Shown piece by piece: positions 35,161-46,685 of a DNA stretch of 64,000 nt (position 1 is the first letter of the stretch; every line of letters starts with the position of its first letter). The DNA is from an uncultured Clostridia bacterium (GTDB lineage Bacteria; Bacillota; Clostridia; TANB77; CAG-508): the NCBI GenBank assembly GCA_947642355.1, contig CANRSD010000004.1:225-64224 (forward strand), written 5' to 3'. Made by a program: the position numbers and the translations under genes. Under the pieces are notes generated by a model. The model was given only the letters and a program-made list of their open reading frames with translations. It was not told the origin of the DNA and ran no database searches.

Positions 35161-35215
35161 AATAGGGACGGTTCTCTTTTCCATTTTTAATGTGGAAAAG
35201 AGAACCGTCCCTATT
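35161..35215. terminator. bidirectional long hairpin terminator
   Basis: 23-bp perfect arms aatagggacggttctcttttcca and tggaaaagagaaccgtccctatt. Confidence 0.75.
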
Positions 35216-35892
35216 TCTTTTCCAATATTTTCCAACTTCCTGTATGTTCTGGCTCTATTGTAAATTCCATTCTTTCTTTTGTTATTGGATGTAATATACT
35301 AAGAGAATATGCCCAAAGAGCAAGTTGCTTCCCTCTTCCTCTAGTTCCATATTTTTGGTCTCCACACAAACTGTGACCTCTCGAAGCAAACTGTACTCTT
35401 ATTTGATGATGTCTTCCTGTATGTAACTCCACCTTTACTAAAGATAAATTTATATCACTATTATATTTTAAAACTTCATAATCCAATATTGCCTCTTTAG
35501 CATTTTTACCATCTTTTGAAGTTACTCTACTTGTATTAGTACGTTCATTTTTTACTAAAAAATCTATAAATGTTCCTCTACTTTCTTCCATTTTCCCATC
35601 AACAATACATAAATACTTTTTATAAAATTCTTTATTTCTAACTTGTTCACTTAACCTACTAGCAGCTTTAGATGTCTTTGCAAAAACCATAACTCCACCG
35701 AGTTGGTCTATCTAATCTATGTACTAATCCTAAATATACTTCTCCAGGTTTATTATACTTTTCCTTTAAATAACTTTTTATAATTGTAAGCATATCCATA
35801 TCACCTGTTTTATCTCCTTGTGACGGAATATTTACTGGCTTTTCTACTACAATTATATGATTGTCTTCATATATAACTTTTAAATTATTCAT
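35211..35892 (-). CDS. RluA-family pseudouridine synthase; needs a +1 shift at an in-frame CGG
   Basis: CGG at ccg 35698-35700 gives GLVHRLDRPT-G-GVMVFAKTSKAASRL, restoring the catalytic HRLD..G motif context. The product is 226 aa. Confidence 0.85.
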
Positions 35893-36021
35893 CTCTTCTC
35901 CTAAATTGTAATATTATTACATCATTTTATTAAAAGTTTGTCAAGTTGCTATAATATTAATTTTATGTTATAATTATTTGGATGTATAAAAACTTGAAAG
36001 TTTTTTTAGGAGGTTAATCAC

Positions 36022-36510
36022 ATGAAAGTTCTCATCATCGAGGCTAATAAGAAAAAAGAAAAAATTATGCTTCGGTATTTAAAAGGGTTGGGTATAAATA
36101 ATTATTCCATACTGAACAGCCAAACTTTCTTCATGTATGCTTTAGAACAAGAGCATTTACTTGAAGAATATGACCTAATATTATTAGGTATGAGGTGTTT
36201 TATCCATCCACTTGACTCTGAAACAACAGTACGTGCTGGGTATAACATTTTATACAATATTTCTCAGCATTATACAAAATATTATAACATCAAAAAAATT
36301 CCGGTTATTATATATTATTCCGGAGAATATTGGAAAAACAGTATGAATAACTTTTTTCTATCATCATTGTCCTATACAAACAACAGATATAAAGATTTAT
36401 CAGAAAAATGCAAAATCATTAATTCAATTGATTTTGTAATAGGGCAAACATCTACAAAAGAAAGGTTAAGATGGATGCTTAACAGGTGGTGGACTGAGTT
36501 ATATTCATAA
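36022..36510 (+). CDS. hypothetical protein (N-terminus faintly receiver-domain-like)
   Basis: 162-aa ORF with a GGAGG RBS. It contains an in-frame CGG (36073-36075) read in the 0 frame. It is a plus-strand singleton followed by a GC-rich hairpin. Confidence 0.45.
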   Translation: MKVLIIEANKKKEKIMLRYLKGLGINNYSILNSQTFFMYALEQEHLLEEYDLILLGMRCFIHPLDSETTVRAGYNILYNISQHYTKYYNIKKIPVIIYYSGEYWKNSMNNFFLSSLSYTNNRYKDLSEKCKIINSIDFVIGQTSTKERLRWMLNRWWTELYS

Positions 36511-36542
36511 GTCCAGCACATTTATAGAGACTTCTCTAAAAT

Positions 36543-36585
36543 GAAGATAACGCAGATGGTTTAAAAAAACATCTGCGTTATCTTC
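36543..36585. terminator. bidirectional hairpin terminator
   Basis: 16-bp perfect arms gaagataacgcagatg and catctgcgttatcttc. Confidence 0.7.
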
Positions 36586-36588
36586 ATT

Positions 36589-37447
36589 TTATTTCTCCCA
36601 ACGTCCATATATTCCACAAGGAAGTAGCAGTCTAGAATCTGTCATTGGAAGTCCTATTTCACCTGAAGTAACTTTCCCTTTTGTTTTTATTTTTAAATTT
36701 AATATATTTTCTAATACTTTTGAAGATATACCTGTTGTATATGAATTTATTAAGAAAAATAATGGATTATCTGACAAAACATTATTACAAAGTTCTACTA
36801 AATCTGAAATATTATTTTCAAACTGCCATACCTCACCATTCCTACCTCTTCCATAAGATGGCGGATCCATAATTATTGCATCATACTTATTACCTCTACG
36901 AATTTCTCTGCCGAACAAATTTGGTAACATCATCTATAATAAATCTAACTGGCTTGTCTTTAAGTCCAGATGATATTATATTCTCTTTTGCCCATTCTAC
37001 CATTCCTTTTGAGCTATCTACATGACAAACAGACGCACCTGCATAACTGCAAGCAACAGTTGCTCCTCCAGTATATGCAAAAAGATTTAATACTTTTATT
37101 TCTCTTTTTTCAGATTTAATTTTATTTATCATCCAATCCCAATTAACAGCTTGTTCTGGAAATAATCCTGTATGTTTAAAACCCATAGGTTTAATATTAA
37201 AACATAAATCCTTATATTTTATTTGCCAACTATTAGGCAATTTTCTAATATACTTCCAACCTCCTCCTCCTGAACTACTTCTATTATAATAAGCATCTGC
37301 TTTATTCCATTTCTTAGTAAAACTTTTTTCCTTCCAAATTATCTGTGGATCTGGCCTAACTAAAAAAATATCTCCCCATCTTTCTAGTTTTTCTCCATTT
37401 GCCATATCTAAAATTTCATAATCTTTCCAATTATCTGCTACATTCAA
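36589..37447 (-). CDS. class I SAM-dependent (rRNA) methyltransferase, RlmI/YwbD-like; needs a +1 shift at an in-frame CGG
   Basis: CGG at ccg 36911-36913 gives [32 protein letters not shown]. The product is 285 aa. Confidence 0.7.
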
Positions 37448-37451
37448 AAGC

Positions 37452-38312
37452 TTATCCTCCTATTTTCTCTAAAAACTCTACAACTTCTTTTATACTTTCA
37501 TATGGAGTAGATGCTCCTGCCATAATTCCAACTCTATCATTTGAATTAAATTCCTTTTCATCTAACTCTTCTTTTGTTTCAATACTATATACATTTTTAC
37601 AAAATTTCTTAGAGATTTCCACAAGTTTAGCTGTATTGGAACTGTTTTTTCCACCTATTATTATCATTTTGGGGAATTCTTTAGAAAGCTTTTCTACTTC
37701 ATTTTGCCTAAGTTCTGTAGCATTACAAATTGTATTGTCAACTACTATTTCTGCTTCACAAAAATTCTCTTTTAATTCTTCTATTACTTTATCAAACTTC
37801 TTAAAATTATATGTAGTTTGAGCAAGTATATATACTTTCCCTAAGCTTGTCTTTTCATATTTTTTATAACAATCAATTATATCATCTTGTGACTCTAATA
37901 TAAAACTGTTTTCTCCCGCAAAACTTATTGTAGAAATATTCTCAGCATGTCCAACTTTACCAAGCAAAATTATAAAATAATCATTTTTCATTTCTAGAAC
38001 CTTCTTATGAAGTTTCTCAACATTTGGACAAGTTAAATCAAAAACTTTTATATTTCTTTTCTTAGCTTCAATATATGTTTCTTTTGGCATTCCATGTGCT
38101 CTAAAAATTACATTACTATTATCTGGAACTTCTTCTATTTCTTCTACAAAAATTATTCCTTTTTCCTTTAACCTTTTTACTACTTGTGGATTATGTACAA
38201 TTTCTCCTATACAATATATTTTTTCATTATTACCTGCAATTTCTGTTGCTTCAGTTATTGCTCTTTTTACTCCATAACAAAATCCAGCTAAAGTACCAAC
38301 TTTTATTTCCAT
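37452..38312 (-). CDS. ispH: 4-hydroxy-3-methylbut-2-enyl diphosphate reductase
   Basis: 286 aa: LAGFCYGVKRAI...IVHNPQVV...CPNVEKLH...GGKNSSNT. Confidence 0.9.
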   Translation of the reverse strand: MEIKVGTLAGFCYGVKRAITEATEIAGNNEKIYCIGEIVHNPQVVKRLKEKGIIFVEEIEEVPDNSNVIFRAHGMPKETYIEAKKRNIKVFDLTCPNVEKLHKKVLEMKNDYFIILLGKVGHAENISTISFAGENSFILESQDDIIDCYKKYEKTSLGKVYILAQTTYNFKKFDKVIEELKENFCEAEIVVDNTICNATELRQNEVEKLSKEFPKMIIIGGKNSSNTAKLVEISKKFCKNVYSIETKEELDEKEFNSNDRVGIMAGASTPYESIKEVVEFLEKIGG

Positions 38313-38329
38313 ATTTAAATCCTTCTATT

Positions 38330-38443
38330 CTAAAATCCAGTAATTAAAATTTGTATAAAATTATACATTAAAATAAACAATATAACAATACATATTAGTG
38401 TACAAATCACTAAACTTATTAAAAACTTCTTATCTTTACCCAT
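38330..38443 (-). CDS. hypothetical small membrane protein (37 aa)
   Basis: Hand-found: GGAGG RBS, then MGKDKKFLISLVICTLICIVILFILMYNFIQILITGF. Confidence 0.35.
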   Translation of the reverse strand: MGKDKKFLISLVICTLICIVILFILMYNFIQILITGF

Positions 38444-38552
38444 ATATAACCTCCTTTTTTGAGATTATATAAAAATTAAATTATCATATTATGTATAATT
38501 TTAAACATAAAATCATATTTTCATCTTACTTTTTTTACATTTATTTCTATTT

Positions 38553-40338
38553 TTATAGTTCTTCCTTTAATTTATGTGCTAATTTTTCATTTATCCCTTT
38601 TACTTTAGTTAACTCTTCTACTGACGCTTCTTTTATTTTTGAAATTGACCCAAACTTATTTAATAATAAATTTCTTTTTTTATCTCCAATCCCTTCTATA
38701 ACATCAAGTTTAGATTTAGTCATTTCTTTATCTCTAACTTTTCTATGATATTCTATAGCTGTTTTATGTACTTCATCTTGCAAATTAGTTATAAAATTCA
38801 TAAGATTTTCTGATATATAAAACTCTTTTCTGTTTTCATCTATCAAAGCTCTTGTAGAATGCTTATCATCTTTAACCATTCCATATACTGGAATATTTAC
38901 ATTACATTCTTCTAAAGCTTTTTTTGTAGCATTAATTTGAGTAATACCTCCATCTGCTAAAATTAAATCTGGTAAAACCCCAAAACCTCCTTTTGGATTA
39001 TCTAAAGAATGTTTTATTCTTCTTGTAACAACTTCTTGCATACATCTTGGATCATCTTGACCAAATACAGTTTTAATTTTAAATCTCCTAGATAAATTTC
39101 TTTTTATAACACCATTTTGGGCAACACACATTCCGGGCTACTAGGAAATTACCAGAAATATTTGATATATCAAAACTTTCTATTTTTAAAGGCATTTTTT
39201 CTAAACTTAAAATATCTCGTAATTCTTTTAGTACCTCTGTTTTATCTTTCACTCTATTTTCCAAATTAATTTTACTATTTAATTCTGCCATTTCTACAAA
39301 ACGTAATTTTTCTCCTTTTTGAGGACTCTTTATCTCTAATTTTCTTCCAGCTTTTTCACTAAGCCATTTTTCTAAAATTTCTTTTTCTTCTAAATTATAT
39401 CTAATCATAATTTTATTAGGTAAATCTAAATTTGCCATATAAAACTGCTTTATAAATCCTGTAATTATCTCCTCTTCTTCCATATCCTTTAGTTCATCAA
39501 AAAAGTAATGTTCTCTACCTATCATCTTACTTCCTCGAACAAAAAATATTTCTATACAAACAGTTACTTCATTTTTATGTAATCCAATAACATCAATATT
39601 ATTTTCAGAAAAATTAGCTACTTTCTGTTTTTCCGTAATTCTTTCTATTGACAAAATTCTATCTCGTATTAATGCTGCTTTTTCAAATTCTAAATTCTCT
39701 GATGCCTCTTTCATTTCCTTTTGGGCAGATTTTATAATACTATCTATTTTTCCTTCCAAAAGCATTATAATTTGATCTATTTGTTTTCTATATTCTTCTT
39801 TTGAAACATATCCCATGCAAGGCGCCAAACATTTTTTTATATGATAATTTAAACATGCTCTATCTTGAAACTTAAAATTTCTACATTGTCTAATTTGAAA
39901 CTTTTCTTTTATAAAATTTACCATTTCCTTAGCACTTGAACCACTTGGATATGGTCCAAAATACTTAGCTCCATTAGATATAACTTTTCTAGTAATATAT
40001 ACATTTGGATAATCTGATTTTACATCAACACATATATATGGATATGTTTTATCATCTTTTAATAAAACATTAAATTTTGGTCTATATTTTTTTATTAGAT
40101 TACACTCTAAAATTAAAGCTTCATCTTCACTTCCAACAACTATATATTCAAAATGATCTATTAATGAAACCATTTTCTCTATTCTAGTAGTTTTATTATT
40201 TTTTCTAAAATACTGCCTAACTCTATTTTTTAAAACAATTGCTTTACCTACATATATTATATTATCAAACTTATCTTTCATAATATATACACCAGGTTTA
40301 GCTGGAAGTTTTTTTAATTCCTCTTCTATATCAAACAT
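38553..40338 (-). CDS. uvrC: excinuclease ABC subunit C; needs a +1 shift at an in-frame CGG
   Basis: CGG at ccg 39133-39135 gives DISNISGNFLVA-G-MCVAQNGVIKRNLSRRFKIKT. The product is 594 aa, with an N-terminal GIY-YIG domain (PGVYIMKD..IIYVGKA). Confidence 0.9.
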
Positions 40339-40340
40339 AA

Positions 40341-40853
40341 TTATTTTAAAGCTCCTATATATGGTAAATTTCTACAAGTATTATTATAGTCAAAACCATA
40401 TCCTACAACATAATTATTTGGGATTTTAAATCCTATATAATCTACATCTACTTCGACTTTTCTACGTTCCTCTTTATCTGCTAATACAGCTATTTTCAAG
40501 CTTTTTGGTTTTTTAGCTAGTATATGTTCTTTTAAAAATTTTAGTGTATAGCCTGTATCTATTATATCTTCTATAATCAAAACATCTCTATCCTCAAGAT
40601 TTTCACTTACATCTAAACTTAAATTTATCTTTCCTGTACTTTCTGTTCCTTCATAGCTTGAAATTCTGACAAAATCTAATTCCATATGAGTTTTCATTTT
40701 CTTCGTTAAATCTACTGTAAAATATATAGCTCCTCTTAAAACACATATTACAACAATATTTCTTCCTTCATAGTCTCTATCAATTTCATTTGCCATTTCC
40801 GTAAGCCTTTTTTGAATTTCATTTTCATTATACATTATATCTAAATTTACCAT
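40341..40853 (-). CDS. hpt: hypoxanthine phosphoribosyltransferase
   Basis: 170 aa: VLIIEDIIDTGYTL PRPP motif. Confidence 0.9.
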   Translation of the reverse strand: MVNLDIMYNENEIQKRLTEMANEIDRDYEGRNIVVICVLRGAIYFTVDLTKKMKTHMELDFVRISSYEGTESTGKINLSLDVSENLEDRDVLIIEDIIDTGYTLKFLKEHILAKKPKSLKIAVLADKEERRKVEVDVDYIGFKIPNNYVVGYGFDYNNTCRNLPYIGALK

Positions 40854-40959
40854 ATTTTTAACCTCATTTACTAAAATACTTTTTTATTTTAACATGTAAA
40901 GTAGAATTATTCAAGATATTAATCAGCAATAAAAAAACTCCAAATCAAAATATAAAAAA

Positions 40960-40988
40960 CCTATCAATATACTTAATACATTGATAGG
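40960..40988 (-). terminator. hairpin terminator after pilin-like paralog 1
   Basis: Arms cctatcaat and attgatagg with a T-run on the minus strand. An identical copy lies at 62353-62381. Confidence 0.6.
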
Positions 40989-41052
40989 TAAATATTATCA
41001 TAATGAAATTTCTTTTCAACTCTTTTTCGATTTATACAAAATTTTATAGCAT

Positions 41053-42790
41053 CTATACTAAGCCGGACACACAGCACCGCACGGAAACTGTAGCTACTGT
41101 AGTTATACCCTCTCGTATCAACGAAATAGAACACACCAGCACCCGAACGACCACTGTAAACACCACCACGTAGGAAGAACGGATAACTAGCGCGTACAAA
41201 GACGGCAGAGTCATTGTACCAACTACGAGTACCTGTTCCTAAGTATGTCTCCTTTGTTGCATCTCCTATTTTTCCTACTTGGTATATTATTGAACCTGAA
41301 TTATTTCCTGTTTCATTATAATATCTTGTTGCGTATCTACTACTTGGTGTTTCTGGTGTTAAATCTGCCCATCCATATGTTGTTACATCACTTCCTGTGT
41401 TATTGTATGCCGCTACTCTCTCATTCGATCCTCCACTCATATCATATACTCCATATGTGTTTCCTGTTGTACTTTGCACTATGTTTGCTATATACACTGT
41501 TCCTGTACCTCCTCCTGTATAATATGAATATGAACTATTACTATTTATTGTTATCTCATTTCTATTTCTTCCATATATACTATGGGTTAGGTAAGCCACT
41601 GCTCCCCATTCACTATTTTTTATCATATGACTATTCATAAAACTAGTATTTCCATCTGCTCCTTCTTGTCCATTATATCCATATGTTGCTTGTCTTGCAC
41701 TTGTATACTGTTCTCCTATTTTTTGGTCTCTTTGACTTTGTACTCCGAATGTGCTCTTTAATGTTGCTCCTGTTCCACTCATCTCATATTTTGCTATCCA
41801 AAATCCTTCTAAATCTTCACTCCATCCCCCTCTATCATAATCAGGTAGGGCTGTTCCATCTTTTGCTGTTTTTCCTGTATCTTTCATAAATGCTGGGTGC
41901 ACTATATATAAATTTCCATCTTTTCCCTTTACTGTCTCTATTCCCTCATCTAGCTTATATTTTACTTTTCCTGTTTCTGCTATCCATAACCCATATCCAT
42001 CATAATATCCTACTGGTTCTTCTACACCATCTTTATAATACGTTATTCTATATGCATATCTTGGTATCCATACAAAATAACTTTCATTTGCTGTTTTCGC
42101 ATTTGCCCATTTACTACTTTTATGATCTCCTTCTTCTCCTGTATAATTATACCAGTTGCTATTTACATCTGCGTCTACAAATTTCTGCTCTTCTTCTGAC
42201 CACATTTGTGGTGTCATTGACTCATTTCCTGCTGTTAGTACTGGGACATTTGGGTTATTTATTATATTATTGCTTGTATCTAACCATATTATATCTATTT
42301 TTCCTGAGTCATTTGTAAATTCTATTGTTTCATCTGGTTCTACACTTTCATCTGGTTTTAGTCCTCCAATTGCTCCTCCACCATCTTCTATAAACTCTCC
42401 ATTATATATTTCTGATACTGCTATTTCATATACCCCATATTCTTCTTTTGTATTTAACTTCATTCCTTTTAAGTCTTCATTCCATTCTACTATATCTGGT
42501 ACTTCTTTAAAATATTTATCTAATACTTCTTTTAACTGACTTTTACTTATTCTATTATCTAAGTTTTCTGTTTGGTATCCTGCTATCTCTGTTTTACTTT
42601 CTTCTATTATTTCTGCTCTATCTGTTTTCATACTTGCTGTTTTTGACTTCTTTATTACACTATTATCTCCCATTATTAAGTTTATTGTTATTCCTGCTAA
42701 TATCAATAGCACTATTATTGTTATTATTAATGCTATTAGTGTTATTCCGTTTACCTTTCTTTAATACATTTATACATTTTTCGTATGCAT
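41053..42790 (-). pseudogene. prepilin-leader / FGE(SUMF1)-like domain protein, paralog 1; the leader is interrupted by two in-frame TAA codons
   Basis: From the ATG behind the GGAGG RBS it reads MHTKNV*MY*RKVNGITLIALIITIIVLLILAG. The body is close to paralogs 2 and 3. The 3' end is set at the +1 stop after the in-frame CGG (ccg 41063-41065); the 0-frame ORF instead runs to 40973, into the terminator. Confidence 0.55.
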
Positions 42791-42888
42791 TACTTCTTAT
42801 TTTCCTCCTTTTCTTTTGTAAAAAAACAAATTTTACTTTAGTTTAATCATTTTCTATTCTTATTATGCCTTTTTTCCTATTTAATCTT

Positions 42889-42917
42889 ACTATATCATTA
42901 AAAATTTTGTTGTTCAA
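42889..42917 (-). promoter_or_regulatory. candidate promoter for paralog 1
   Basis: Minus strand reads TTGAAC - 17 nt - TATAGT. Confidence 0.3.
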
Positions 42918-42971
42918 GGTTTTACTTGATTTTTTTGTGTTGTTATTTTTAATCACTTATTTTCTATAATT

Positions 42972-43186
42972 TCTTTCATTAAGTATAGTACTTAATGAAA
43001 AAATTAAATATCTATAAATGTTGATATTACTATACTTTTCTATTTTTTCTTAATTGACTTTTATTTAAAACTTAAAATAAGTATTTCCTATGAAACACTT
43101 GACTTTTGTACTATTTATTAGTAAATTTATAATATAAAAAATTTCATTAAGTACTATACTTAACGAAATTTTTTTAACTTTTTATT
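42972..43186. repeat. about 215-bp intergenic cassette bounded by palindromic TTTCATTAAGTA...TACTTAATGAAA boxes (copy A)
   Basis: Related to 62060-62300 (copy B). Its distal end also resembles window positions 1-50. Confidence 0.6.
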
Positions 43187-43770
43187 ACTATCCCCATAAT
43201 CTTTGATAATTCTATTGCTTGTAACTCATTCACTTTTATTCCTTTTAAAGAATTTATATCTACAGTTATCCCTTCTATATTGCAAGAAGAAAAATCTATT
43301 CCTTGTAATTTATTCTTAAAAAATTGTGAAGCTATCATTTCGCATTCATCAAAATTTACTTTAGAAAAATCTGCTTCCATATAATATGTATTATTTAATT
43401 GTGATTTTTTAAATTTTGTTTCTTTCATACAAGATGAAGAAAAATTCGCATAATTAATATTACATTCCTCAAATTTAACTTTATAAAACTTACTTTCAAT
43501 AAATATAGAACCTATGAATTTAGAATATTCTATATTACATCTTACAAAATCAGATGATGTAAAATTTACATTAGAAAAATCACAATTTATAAAATTGCAA
43601 TCTGTAAATGATATACTTTCTAATGCTCCAAATATTTTACAATTCTTAAAATTACAATTCTTAAATTCGATTTTTGAGTAATTAAGTTCTATATTTTCAT
43701 TGTCAAAAATTTCATCTTTTATATCAATGTCTTCTCTTATAGCTTCTTCAATTTTAAATAATAAATCCAT
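43174..43770 (-). CDS. pentapeptide-repeat protein
   Basis: 198 aa of repeated A(D/N)FSx-like pentapeptides (FTDCNFINCDFSNVNFTSSDF...). Confidence 0.8.
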   Translation of the reverse strand: MDLLFKIEEAIREDIDIKDEIFDNENIELNYSKIEFKNCNFKNCKIFGALESISFTDCNFINCDFSNVNFTSSDFVRCNIEYSKFIGSIFIESKFYKVKFEECNINYANFSSSCMKETKFKKSQLNNTYYMEADFSKVNFDECEMIASQFFKNKLQGIDFSSCNIEGITVDINSLKGIKVNELQAIELSKIMGIVIKS

Positions 43771-43901
43771 TTCATTTTATCCTTTATAATATTTACTATA
43801 TAATAAAATTTATATTTAAACTTGTCAATATATATATATAAGAACACCATATGAATTATATCTTAAAAATAAAATTCACATAATGTTCCATTCACTCTTA
43901 T

Positions 43902-45344
43902 CTATTTCATAAATCCTCTATATGCTTTAAAAGCATTATAAATATCTACTTTACTTGTAAGCTCATATGGCGAATGCATTGAAACCACTGCTATTCCGCA
44001 ATCTAAAACTTCCATACCACGATTTGCAAAAGTTACAGCTATTGTTCCTCCTCCTGCTCTATCAACTCTTCCAAGTTCACCAGAAGTATATGAAACTCCA
44101 TTTTCATCAAAAATTCTTCTTACTTCTGCTACAAATTCTGCTGGCGATTCTGAAGAACCTGACTTTCCTCTTACTCCACCATATTTACATATACAAACTC
44201 CATGACCTAATTTAGAACAATTTTTTATATCAAAAAATCCTGAAAATGTTGGGTCAAAACCTGCGTCTACATCTGCTGAAATTGCTTTAGAATTTGAAAA
44301 TACTTTTTCTATCATTCCTGGCTTATTTTCATTTGTTTTATCTAATAGTTCTAAAATAAATCTTTCAAAACTATGTGATTCCATTCCTGTTACACCAACA
44401 AAACCAATTTCTTCTTTATCTGTTAATATACATATTGCTGTTTTTTGCGGATTTTTAACCTCTAAAATAGCACGAAGTGCTGTATAACAACATACCTTAT
44501 CATCCTGCCCGTATCCACCTACTAAACTTTCATCAAATCCTACGCTTCTAGCTTTAAATGCTGGTACAAACTCTATTTCAGAACTTGTAAAATCAACTTC
44601 TTTAATTCCATATTTATCATTTAATATCTTTAAAATATTTAATTTTACTCTTTCAGATATTTGTTTATCATCAAAAGGTATAGAACCAGCTATTAAATTT
44701 AATTCTTCTCCAGCTATACCTTCTATTAATTTTCTATCATCTTGTCCACCTTTTGATAAATGTGGTGGTAAATCTGTTATATAAAAAACTGGTTCATCTT
44801 CTTTTTCTCCTATTGAAATTGTAACTCTTTCTCCATTAGTTTTAACTATTATTCCATGCATACTAAGAGGTATTGTAGTCCATTGATATTTTTTTATTCC
44901 ACCATAATAATGTGTTTTTAAAAGTCCAAGTTCTCCTTCTTCATATAATGGATTTTGCTTTAAATCTATTCTTGGTGAATCTGCATGTGCTCCTACTATA
45001 TTTAAACCATTTTCTAAATTTTCATTTCCTATAACAGCTATATATAAACTCCTATTTCTATTTACACCAAATACTCTATCTCCTGGTTTTAATTCGGTAA
45101 CTTCTGAAATATCTTTAAAATCATTTTTCAGCAATATTTCTTTTGAAAAACTAACAATTTCTTTCTCTGTTTTAGCTTGATTTAAATAAAACATATACTC
45201 ATCTGAAAATTTAAATGCTTCTTTTTTCTCATCTTCTGATATATCTTCCCATACTGTTTTCTTATTATTAAAAAGTTTCTCCTTTAAACTTTCTCCTTCA
45301 GTTCTTTCCACTTCTTTTTCTACCGTCCTTTCATTTATTATCAT
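43902..45344 (-). CDS. M18-family aminopeptidase
   Basis: 480 aa: VGAHADSPRIDLKQNPL, and a C-terminal SMHSPYE. Confidence 0.75.
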   Translation of the reverse strand: MIINERTVEKEVERTEGESLKEKLFNNKKTVWEDISEDEKKEAFKFSDEYMFYLNQAKTEKEIVSFSKEILLKNDFKDISEVTELKPGDRVFGVNRNRSLYIAVIGNENLENGLNIVGAHADSPRIDLKQNPLYEEGELGLLKTHYYGGIKKYQWTTIPLSMHGIIVKTNGERVTISIGEKEDEPVFYITDLPPHLSKGGQDDRKLIEGIAGEELNLIAGSIPFDDKQISERVKLNILKILNDKYGIKEVDFTSSEIEFVPAFKARSVGFDESLVGGYGQDDKVCCYTALRAILEVKNPQKTAICILTDKEEIGFVGVTGMESHSFERFILELLDKTNENKPGMIEKVFSNSKAISADVDAGFDPTFSGFFDIKNCSKLGHGVCICKYGGVRGKSGSSESPAEFVAEVRRIFDENGVSYTSGELGRVDRAGGGTIAVTFANRGMEVLDCGIAVVSMHSPYELTSKVDIYNAFKAYRGFMK

Positions 45345-45373
45345 TAGTATTTTATATTTTCAAAAAATTATAC

Positions 45374-46682
45374 TTAAATTCCATATGTTTCTAAAACTCT
45401 TGATTTAACATTTACAGACTTATCTGAATATTTAAAAGCATCTGATAAATTTTTAACTGCACTTATTGCTTTATTTTCATCATTTGCATGAACATATGCT
45501 ACAGTTTCTCCAACCTTTACTTCACTTCCTATTTTCTTTTGTAAAACTATTCCAGAAGTATTATCTATTTTATTTGAATCACTCATTCTACCAGCGCCTA
45601 AATATATCGCCAAACTTCCTACCATATCAGCATCTATATTCTTAACATATCCTGTTTCTGTTGCATAAACAGGTAATATAAATCTAGCTTTAGGTAATAA
45701 ATCTGGACTTTCTATATACTTCACATCTCCTCCTTGAATCATAACCATCTGCTTAAATTTCTCAAGAGCTTGTCCTGAATGTATTACATTTTTAATTCTT
45801 GCTATATTTGTTTCTAAATCTTTTTCACCATATGCTAAAGATAAAACTATACTTCCGAAGCATTACAACAGTTTCTTCAACATCTCTTGGCATCTTTCCA
45901 TTAAGACATCTTATAGTTTCTTGTATTTCTAAAATATTTCCTACTGCATTACCTACTGGTTCATCCATTAATGTAATTATATATCCTACTTGCTTATTAA
46001 GAGTTTTACCCATTTTTACTAATAATTTTCCAAGTTTCCTAGCTTCTTCTTTATTTTTTAAATAAGTACCATTTCCACAACTTAAATCGAAAACAATTTT
46101 TGTACTTCCTGTTGCAATCTTTAAACTCATCAAACTTATTGCTATAAGTACTATACTATCTCTACAAGTAATTTCATTTCTTAATCTATAAAACTTATTT
46201 TCAACAGGAGCTAAATTCAATTCTTGACTTGCAATACTTATTCCTATTTTTTCTATATTATTTGCAAATTCTTTTATAGTTATATTAGTTTTAAAGCCTG
46301 GAATTGCTTCCAATTTATCAATTGTTCCTCCAAAAATTCCATATCCTCTACTTGAAATTTTAGCAACTGGAAGTCCTAAAGCAGCAATAACAGGTAGTAA
46401 TATTAGTGTTATTTTATCTCCAACTCCTCCTGTACTATGTTTATCAACAATATTATCTGATATTTGACTTAAATCTAATACATCTCCAGATTTTCCAATT
46501 TCTGTTGCAAAATTAATTATTTCAGTTTCTGTAAGTCCATCAGTATATATATAACTCATAACGGCTGCTACTTGAGCATCTGATATTTCATTTTTTAAAT
46601 ATTTTCCAACAAAATATTTTATTTCCTCTCTATCTAATTCTCCTCTTGCTCTTTTTTTCATTATAATTGAGTTAATATCCAT
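45374..46682 (-). CDS. pdp: pyrimidine-nucleoside phosphorylase; needs a +1 shift at an in-frame CGG
   Basis: Contains the KHSTGGVGDK motif. CGG at ccg 45855-45857 gives VEETVVML-G-SIVLSLAYGEKDLETNIARIKNVIHSGQALEKFKQMVMIQGGD. The product is 435 aa. Confidence 0.88.
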
Positions 46683-46685
46683 ATT

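Noticed and set aside
42747-42749. The ccg in the leader of pilin-like paralog 1 as another shift site.
   Set aside because: In the frame set by the RBS-proximal ATG it reads AAC GGA, so the CGG is out of frame. The leader is instead broken by two TAA codons.
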